Of a stretch of DNA of 64,000 nt, positions 54,316 to 64,000 are shown piece by piece (position 1 is the first letter of the stretch; every line of letters starts with the position of its first letter). The stretch lies in NCBI GenBank assembly GCA_000320545.1, contig ADNK01000421.1, forward strand, positions 1 through 64,000, in the 5' to 3' direction. A model generated the notes under the pieces. The model was not told where the DNA came from and searched no databases. It saw nothing but the letters and a program-made list of their open reading frames with translations. This DNA comes from Bigelowiella natans CCMP2755. Lineage: Eukaryota > Protista > Cercozoa. Both the position numbers and the translations under genes were made by a program.

Positions 54316-54971
54316 CTACTTCTTGATGGTGGGGGGGGTGTCACTTTGCTTTAGTGGATCTTCTTCTTCTGAAGCATTAAGCAACATCCAAAACGAAGAA
54401 ACGTCAATCAAATCAAGTTGCATGTTATATTGCATGATCCCTTCCTTTCTTCTTCTTCTTCTTCTTCTTCTTCTTCTTCTTCTCCTTCTTTGTCTTCTCC
54501 GACAAATTGTTGCTAACTAACTATTGGAATAGTAACCTGGCAGGGGTCTCAAGCCGTCCACGTCCACCCACAACACGACTTTTTTCCCCCTGGGCACGCA
54601 ATTACTCAATATACACCCAGCACACCTCCTATCATGATCAATTGCTTTTATTACCTATCCACATCGCACTTGACACCGTATTTCCTTGGTTTATTCTCGT
54701 GGATATGCTTTAACGTTCCACACTGCCAATGCATCATTTCCGTCAAATGAGTTCAATTCTACTAGTAGTAACAACTGATGCTGCTGCTACTTCGGATACC
54801 TGCCACTCTCCATTAAATAATGCTTTGACTCGCTCTCCAATAGCAAAAGGCTGGTTTGAAAATAGAATTACTAGAACTCTTGTTAAGGTGGCAAAGGGGG
54901 CATCCATAGAGACTCATATCTTCTTCCTTTTTAAGTATCTTAAAGATCATGTTGATCAATATCGTCGCCAT

Positions 54972-55005
<34 letters not shown>

Positions 55006-55112
55006 TAAGTTGTACCTCTGTTCTTCGAGCTTTCTCTTTTCTCGCAGTTGCTTGCAGTGCGGATTGTTTGATTTTCGCTTGTTCGTCCAGATCCCACGTG
55101 ATGCCTGCGTGT

Positions 55113-55143
<31 letters not shown>

Positions 55144-56159
55144 TTCTCACTGCTGCTGTCTTGATACACAAACCATCACCCCTTCCCCGCCATTTTCATT
55201 AATGGCTAGATTCGATAAGCCGTGTTCGCCGTCTTAAGAACCATATAACATGCATAGATCACTAGCTACGATTCCACCTGGAATTGGCACGATATTGAGG
55301 TTGTAAAGTCTCTTTCCTTCATCAAATGGGCTTGCTAATCTAGAATCGGCTCCGAGAACCTTCTTCTTCTTTCTCCTCCTTTGCGCAGTATTCTTCCTAC
55401 GAGTACCCATCAGTCGTATTATCGTCGCCGGCTGCTGCTGCTGCTTATGTTGATTACAGTGGTGATTCTGACGACTGGAAGTAGAGGGCTTGCTCGTTAT
55501 TCCGTCCTGTTTTTTAAACACATCTCTTTTCAGGGGTGGCGTTGAAGGCGTTTTGGAAGCAGTCTTGCCACCAGCAGCAGCGTCGATATTTGTTGCTTGT
55601 TTTGATGACAGTAATGACGATGCCGATGGTATCTTCCATTGCGAAGGTGTGGGTTGATCGTGTCCATTTGTTTCTTCTAACAGAACTTGCAGGCCTCCCC
55701 CATTCACCTTGCTCTGCAGCTGCCGCTTCTGATACTTCTTTTTCTCCTAAATGAATAGAATTGGAATTTTCAAACGATATAACGCATTTATAGTGCACGT
55801 TTCGAGTACAGTATTGATTGGGAAAGTTCCTTCGTATCGTGGGGAACTGTTTACTTCCATATCTGCTGGTACTATTACTGCTGCTACTTCTTCTTCTACT
55901 ACTGCTACTGCTTGAAAGATTTATCTTACACTCAAGATGCAATCACATGGCAATGATAAATACCGATGAGCTTTACATTATGATTCATTTTGAAAAATCC
56001 ACAACAGAGCAACAAACGTGCTACTACTACTACTACTTCTTCTTCTTCTTCTTCTACTTCTACTACACGAATCAATTTAGATTTCGAGAATCCTCCTCCT
56101 CCTCCTCCTCCTCCTCCTCCTCCTCCTCCTTCACACAGATGGTGTGAAAACACTATATG

Positions 56160-56226
<67 letters not shown>

Positions 56227-57340
56227 TACACGTTGACCTACCTTGTTGGTACTGTTGTTGCTGCCATTGACGCTTTCCATAGTAGTAGAAGAAGAAGAAG
56301 AGGAAGAAGGCGGGGGGGGGGGATGATGCTGGCTGCTTTTGATGTGTGGCTTGTTATTGTTACTGTAGTAGGTGACATTGTTCTTTGAGGGAGGGTGATC
56401 AGAGGAAGTAGCATTCCATAGATTTATAGTAGTGGTAGATGTAGTAGTAGTTGTTGTTGTTGTTGTTGTTGTTGTTGTATCATCTCTTTTGCTAGACGAA
56501 GAAGCGTGCTGCCGCTGCTGCTGCTGCTGCTGCAATGGGGCATTATCTGTGGATGTGCCGGCTGGTGATCTTCTGGTAGGTTCTACGAGTAAGCACGATG
56601 CAGCTCCCTTGTTCCTGAAATTGTTTTTGTTCTGCTTGTGTGTAATGTCTTTGTCTGCTTCATCGTCATTATAGCCGCTGCTGCAAGTTTGCTTATCATC
56701 TGCAGTATGAGCGATGATGCCCTTATTGTTCTGAATCGTAGTAGTTGTTTTCTCGTCTTTTCTCGGTATTCTTCGCGGTTTTCGTACATTGGTGCTGCTA
56801 GATCCTCCTCCTCCTCCTCCTCCTCCTGTGAGGCTCTTGAGCAATGCCTTCATCGTGTCCCCCTCCCCATTGCCATTATTATCATCACCATTCTCGTCCT
56901 TAGTTCGTTTTGTAACCGTAGATTTCTTATTGCTAGAGCCTTTTTTCCCTACAGCAGTCCCTTGGTCTCCTCCCCCTCCACTTTCCCTTCTTTTCTCTCC
57001 ACCACCACCACCACCATTATGATCATCACCATGATCCAAGCAATCGCTAAGTGGCATGTTGGTGGGAACGGCACCGTCGTCAGTCAGCTCTGCTGACGGT
57101 GCTGCTTTAGCCCTCTTGGTCATCATCATCATCTTCTTCTTCTTCTTTTTAGGAATGAAGAGGCTCTTGCTGCTTGAGCCTCCTACTGGTGACGGATAAG
57201 TGCTCGAATATGTAGTAGTAGTAGCAGTATTATCGCCACCACGGGGGGTAGTAGCAGCAGCAGCACTCGAGACCAGAGCCCTCCATTTCGAAACCAGCAA
57301 TGTGCACATGCTCTGTTAGTATTGTTATTGTCGTTATTAC

Positions 57341-57371
<31 letters not shown>

Positions 57372-59700
57372 TGTTATTAATATTCGTAATTGTCATCCAA
57401 TGCGGTGGCAGCAAGAAATGGAATGCAGTGCTATGCTAGAACGCATAGCTACCATACTAGGTGCTGCTGCTGCTGCTGCTGCTGCACAAACACCACCATC
57501 TGTGGAACAATTATCATCATCATCATCGTCGTCGTCGTCGTTATCGTCATCATTGTTATCTTTATCTCCTGAGCGTTTCTGTACCTTAACTTGTGGGTAT
57601 TCCTCCATAGCAGAAAGGACTTCGCTCACTGTTTTCAAAGCCCTGATTGATTGATTTATTGATAGACGATAGTAAAATGTTAGAAATCATCACCGCAAAA
57701 TGATGAGGGTGCACGTTTCATTATAATTGATTTAATGAATATGAAGATGTCCGTGTTTATTCTACCGTGTGCTTTCCAGAAGGCCGCTGGCAGGTTGTTT
57801 CGCATTTTGCAACACTCTTAACGTGCTGATCACCTGATTACAAATAATAGTGCGGTCGGTCTAGTTGTTGTTTTAATTCAGCTTGCACAGCCGTAACGTG
57901 TCACATATTATACAATTCACGATTATTTTCGAATTGTCCAACCCAGATGACCAAAACTACTTTCAACGAGACTTCTTAATTGTGTTACCACACACTCGGA
58001 GAACAAGGGCGGAGGGGGGGAGGGGGGGGGGGGGGGGGGCAAACAACCCTAATTCTAAAAGGCTCTCAGCAATACTGCAGCAATGAAAATAAAATCCCAC
58101 AATTGAATAATTCTGAGCAAATTCGAAGACATGAGTTTGGTGTGTGGAAAGCCGTAGTGAGAAAGAAGTGAATGGAGCTTGTGGCTGCTGATCAGAGACG
58201 ACAAACTACCCGGTTTTTATTTTTTCTTCGAGAATCATTTTTGAGTCTTATCAAGGCTCTTTCAAAAGGTCCTGATACGAGTAGTAATTGTAGTAGTAGT
58301 AGTAGTAGTAGTAGTAACAACAGTAGTTATTTTTGCTGCTGCTGCTGCTACTGCTGTTTGCCTTGGAATGGCAAGTTTCAGCTATATCAATCGCGACAAG
58401 AAAAACTTTATTATCATCGTCACACACCTGCTGGCTTGCTCGGAGCCATGAGCGACGATTCCTGTTTCTTTCTCCTCCTGGAGGAGGAGGAGCTGGGGGG
58501 GGATGATGCCGTATGGTGAGTCTTGCTAGCAGTAGAAGAAGAACTATAGCCGATTTTCCTCTGATTCCTATTGTTGTAAGTATTGTTGATGTTCTTATGT
58601 TTCCTTCCGCCACCTCCACGAGCATCGATGATATCCTCCTTATCGATGATGGTGATGCGGCTACTACTGCTGCTTTCATTCAATGAACCCTTGTCGTGAT
58701 CATGGGAATGCCTATCTCGCTTCCTTGTCGCCTTTTCCGTCGTATTTCTTTTTGAGCGAGGGCGCATCGAGTGATGATTCGTTTGCTTGTTGTCACATCG
58801 CCTCCCCCCCCCCCTGGGACTGGGATGATGATGCTGACGGTCAAAGGAGACAGCCCTCCCCCCCTTTCCATATCTTCTGTTGTCGTCATCATTCCGGGCA
58901 GAAGGAAGTGTACTCCTTTCCCCGTCGCACTGACCAATATCATCGTCGTGATAATTTTTGTCATTGACTCCGCGTCGTCTATGCTGCACAGAGCTGTTGT
59001 AGCGTTTGTTATCAGCAAACGCTACACCTTCCTTATCGCCTCTATCATCATCAGCAGTAGCAGCAGCAGCAGCAGCAGCAGCAGCATCACCTCTGTGAGA
59101 TTTCCTCCCACCGTTATCGGCATCATCCGCAACAACATCCCCTGTCAAATCTATCGCTTCTCTTTTCATCATCACCAGAGGAGGGGGTGATGATGATGAT
59201 GATGATGATGGTGAGGAGGCAGATAATCGTCGCTGCTCCTTCTGCATCATCGATCGTGTCTTTTTTTCCCTGCTGCCTTCTTCCCTGACATATCCCTCCT
59301 GATTGTTGCGATCGTCATCGTACGATCGATTTACTTCTCTTCCTTGGCCAGTATTTCTGGCTGCAATGGCTACTGCTGCCGTCATAATCCTCTTCCCTCT
59401 TCGTGTTGGAGGTGAAGATGTCGGTAATCTTGGCGGAGGGGGGGGTGGTCGCTGCCTTTTTCGGAGACGTTGCTGTCGCTCCTCCTTCTTCTTCGGCTTC
59501 TGCAGCTGATTTGATGATGATCTCACGCTCGTCTTTGCGCACAGATCTTCTTCTAACGCATAAGGACTTAATAGGTCGTTCAATTCCAGTCGAAACTGCA
59601 TATTTATTCATTATATCATCGTTATATGATAATCACTATCATCATCCTCTCGTCATCGTCGTCGTCATCATCAATATCATCATCAATATCATCATCATCG

Positions 59701-59733
<33 letters not shown>

Positions 59734-61378
59734 CTCTCCCATCCCAATAATGATCAACGGTAGTTGACCAAAGATCATCAATTCCTGCATACACTATTCT
59801 GTCTACGAAGACCGCCCCATGATATCCCTCCTCCTACCTTGAACGGGAACTTGCGACAGCTTTTGAGAATGTCGGTTGCAAACCTTCGATAAACGCCAAT
59901 GGATACGTTTGCCTGCAGACCGATAAAATAATGTAAGCTCATTTCTCTATTTCTCCTTACTGCCCTACACTACCACCACCACCACCAGCAGCAGCAGCAG
60001 CAGCAGCATCATTTGTTTTGTCATCTTTGATGTACATTCCATAACAACGATTATTCAGAGTTTCGCAGCCTCCTCTTTACGTCCTCACCCTTTTCCTCGC
60101 AATGGAATGAAATGAAAGCAGTAGCTGTTCTGCATCGCCTTCTCCCAGTCTTTCAGTTATCTAAGAAACCCCGCAAACCGTGTCGGAGAATAAAGATCAT
60201 CGATATTACGTGGCTTCATTTTAGCTCCGCTCAAAACACGAAAAAGAATATTTTCGGAGCATTACAGACATGCAAATGTGACAAGTAAAAGCACCTGGCA
60301 GAGCATTGACCCGTACTTTTTGCACAAAGCCTCTAACTCCTGGTCGATGGCAGCTGGAGCAGCAACAGAAGTTCCTACGAATAATCGTACATAGTCAATC
60401 GAGAATGCTGATCGCAGTTTACGATGTTTCACGGTGTTCTCCTTTTCCAGCTGTCTAAGCACTAGATTTCGTGACAACGATCACCTATACAATGCATTAA
60501 ACGTGGCGACGACTAGTGTTTTTTGTACTGCTTGAAAATGTTTCACCACCACCACCACCTCTTTCTCCTCTTCTTCGCGGCCACTTCTCAAGAGACGGGG
60601 GTTTTGGAGGGGGTGGGGGGACAAATTCGGATGAAGGAGAGGATCGATATCGGGTCTCTTGCGACGGAGAAGAGGGGGAGGAAATTGGCATCTTTCTCCT
60701 CGTTCTAGGTCGTGGAGGTGGTGGTGGTATAGTGAGCGCGACTCTTGATTCCCTCCCTCTAGAAGTGTTGTTGGCAGCTCTGATACTTTCTGTGGAATTC
60801 ACTGGCGAGCCAGTGCGAGGGGGGGGTGGAGGCGGCTTATTACTATGGCGACGGTAAGATAAATAGGGTTGCACTGAAGCGGCAGCAGCACTGGTGGTGG
60901 CTGGTACATCTTGAGGGCAGACTCGATGGTGGTGATTCGGGAGGGGCTGGCTTGAGGCAGCAGCAGCAGCAGAAGAAGCAGATTGGCGGTGAGGAGGAAT
61001 ATCTCGGCCACTTCGCTGTGAGCTGTTGGAATTACGTGCAAGGTGGATGGGGGCGGGACGAGAGGTTGGACCAGGAGAATGAAAGGGAGGGGGGTCATTG
61101 CGGCGACGAGAGGGGGGAAATGTCTGATGCGCTGGAGCTGGAAAGGAGTAGGAAGGAGGTGGCTCATCCTTCGGGAGGGGGGCATCATCGGGCATAAGGG
61201 GGTGGCGAGAGGAACGGTAAGGCTGAAGATTTGAACGACAATGATGACCGTGAGTATCATAACCAACTTGGTCATTGCCCTGCTGCTGGTGATGCTGCTG
61301 ACGGAAACCACGATCGTCATCAAACTTCCTCCAATCCCCCCTCTCTCTGGTGTTACTGAATCTACTTCTCTTTTGCAT
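54316..61378 (-). CDS. Large low-complexity protein with a TFIIS N-terminal (TND/Med26-like) domain; boundaries approximate, could be more than one gene
   Basis: Spliced VISTLRVLQNAKQPASGLLESTR|ALKTVSEVLSAMEEYPQVK|SMCTLLVSKWRALV (57833-57270). Long minus-strand ORFs at 60497, 58420, 56131 and 55234. Confidence 0.55.
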
Positions 61379-61903
61379 GTTTCCCGCAGTGATTCTTGAC
61401 TCAGTGGCTGATTTTCTGAAGACCCCTGAAAGTGGTCAAGTAGTTGTATTTGGTTTCTTCCTCCTCCTCCCCCTCCGCCTCATGCCGATGCAAGCACATT
61501 TCACCCGAAAAAGGTACGTCTACCCGCGTATTATTGTCCCCATTTTGTGCATCAACGTTGAGGGGAAAATGAAGGGGGAAAATATATATACGATATATTC
61601 CAGCGTATGTCGCTGTAATAAAATCACTCATCATGTGTGTAATTCTTGCGAGGTCTGAAAACAGAAACACTCTCACTTGTTGTCCTGCGTCATGGGAAAG
61701 GGGCTATCGTCAGAAAGAAATAAAGCATGGGGTTTCAAGAAGCAGGATCGGACAATCTAGAGAGAATTATAGCTACGACAACAAAAACATGCGAAAATGG
61801 GCAGAAATCGAACAGCACAACAGCGACACCTCTTTACGGCAGCAGCAGCGCGGGGTTCCATTTGCTCTGGGAGGGGGTCATTTAGCCGCCATATTTCGTT
61901 GCG

Positions 61904-62914
61904 ATGTCCGGCTCTCTCACTTCTGAAGAAGTGAACTTTCTCGTCTATAGATATCTCCTAGAGTCCGGTTTCGTCCACAGCGCCTTTGCCTTTGGACATG
62001 AAAGTCTCATTGCGAAGTCTAACATTGATGGGTCCAACATCACACCTGGGGCGCTCATCTCATTCATCCAGAAGGGATTACAGTTTGTAGAGATTGAGGC
62101 CCATACCAATGATGACGGGACTGAATCCATATGTGCAGAACGCTTCTCAGCGTTGAGACCTCACTCATGCAAAGTGAAAAGCAGGAAGAAGATCTTTGAT
62201 CCATTCGGTGTGATGATGATAATGATTATGATGATCATGGTCATGAAGATGGTGATCATGATGACGATGAGAAGATGATGGTGATGTTTAAATTTCACTG
62301 TTCACAAAGTTTCGCTGACGTAAGAGATCAAATTTTAAGATATCTTCTTCCATCCATGCACATTGATTTGTTGTCAGAGGACAATGTTGATGACAGCGGA
62401 TTTGGAACCCTAGAAGCATCGTCCGAGGACGTCTCCTATCTGAAAGGCCACACCAAGATGGTTTGCTCATGTGCCTGGCATCCAAACCGTCCCCTTCTTG
62501 CGAGCGGGTAGGAGTAGTAATTAGAGGAGGCGAGTATCACCATTGATGGACACAGTACACAAGAATTTGACTCTGATGAAATTTATGTACAAAATTTTGA
62601 TAAGAGTTGCACAATCAATAGGTCAAGCGATTCGACCGTGAGGCTTTGGGATAGAGAGGCTGCGACAAAAGCTGCCGCAGCATCCTCAAATACTGCTCAC
62701 ATAGACAAGAAAATGAGGACTATGGACACCAACGTGGTGGTAGTGCAAATGCCCTCCAGCAAGAGCAATAATTCTCTCCAGAAAAGAGACCCAGATACTA
62801 CAGCTGATAAGAGTGTTGCCGACACCAATGAAAAGAAGCAAAAGGAGGAGAGGCCAACTGAGTCTATGGTTCTCACTATGGAATGGAATGTAGTACATAA
62901 TTCACTGATACGTT

Positions 62915-62965
<51 letters not shown>

Positions 62966-64000
62966 TCAGGCAAGTGGGGCACAATTGGCGACAGGATGCT
63001 ACAACGGGAATGTGTACACATGGAATGAGGAGGGTCAGCTTCTGAAGACTTTCAAGGAGCACAATGCCCCCATCTCTGTGCTCAGGTGGAATCCCAAAGG
63101 AAACACATTTCTCACTGCCAGCATTGACAGCAAGGCTATCCTTTGGGATGCCTCGAAGGGCACAAAAGAGCATGAATTCAAAGAGCACACTGGTAATAAT
63201 AGCAAGGCGCTCCTTCAATCTCCTCCATCATGTTAATGTCGTCGCTCTCACATCGACTTGTGTTGCTGCTGCGTTGTTTTATTCTCATCGTCCAAAGGCC
63301 CCATTACTGACCTCGATTGGCAGAACGACGACACATTCGCTACATGCTCTATTGATCGAAAGATCGCCATATGGGATTTAACCAAGGCATCATCATCATC
63401 ATCATCTGCATCATCATCATCATGTTGTATTGCAAAACTCGGTGGACACGCAGCTGATATAAACATGATTCGATGGTCTCCTGCATCGGTATCGACGTTG
63501 GCCTCTTGCTCTGACGATTCCTTGGTGAAGCTTTGGAATGTAGACTCGAAAGCCTGTGTGCAGGAGCTCACTCAGCATACCCGTGAAGTGTGTGCAATTC
63601 AATGGGATAATAACTCAGGGCACTTGGCCAGGTGCTTCTTCTTCTTCTTCTTTCTTCTTCTTCTACCACTACTACTACTACTACCACTACTACTACTACA
63701 ACACACCACCACCATATGATGTGTATGCGAGATTCACCAGACAACGCATCGAAAGACAATGATTACTGCTGAGCCGCACACACAAGAGCAAACACTAAAA
63801 TCATCCATCGTATATTCATTTTGTTTCATGTTGATGTTTTTTAATATCAATGCATCAGCGGCTCGTTGGACACTACTGTTAGAATATGGGAGGCTGAAAG
63901 TGGAAAGTGCTTGCAGACATTCACAAAGCACCTCCACCCTGTCTCATGCATTTCGTTCAGCCCAGATTATTCACTGCTAGCGTCAGCTTCTCACGACAGG
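61904..64000 (+). CDS. TBL1: TBL1/TBL1XR1/HOS15-like LisH + WD40 corepressor subunit, 3' truncated by the window
   Basis: [34 protein letters not shown]...[18 protein letters not shown], then WD repeats ([42 protein letters not shown]). Confidence 0.93.

Overview
Intron-dense, microsatellite-rich eukaryotic nuclear DNA. A signal-peptide plus transit-peptide leader suggests an alga with a complex plastid, possibly a chlorarachniophyte (inference). About 12 protein genes: an NAD(P)-binding atypical SDR (5' part outside the window), a TTL/TTLL ligase, a hypothetical protein, a plastid-targeted two-lobed retropepsin-like protein, AP5B1, UTP25, a divergent histone H1/H3 pair with 3' stem-loops, CBF5/dyskerin, a tandem-Tudor protein with two degenerate EEP domains, a TFIIS-N-domain protein and a TBL1/HOS15-like LisH-WD40 gene (3' truncated). 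The strongest signal is in the intergenic spacers, where two processes are visible. (1) There are at least 40 exact NNNN-CTAG-NNNN micro-insertions (4-bp target duplication around CTAG). Empty and filled site pairs, CTATAG variants, nested (CTAG)3 runs and a symmetric target preference point to dense excision footprints of an element with 5'-CTA...TAG-3' ends. (2) Directional TpA->TpG/CpA (A>G/T>C) mutation strips TA from intergenic domains. It can be polarised against a functional gene copy and also decays the footprints to CTGG/CCAG. No transposase or mutator enzyme was found in the window. All counts and alignments were done by eye, and exon boundaries are manual estimates.
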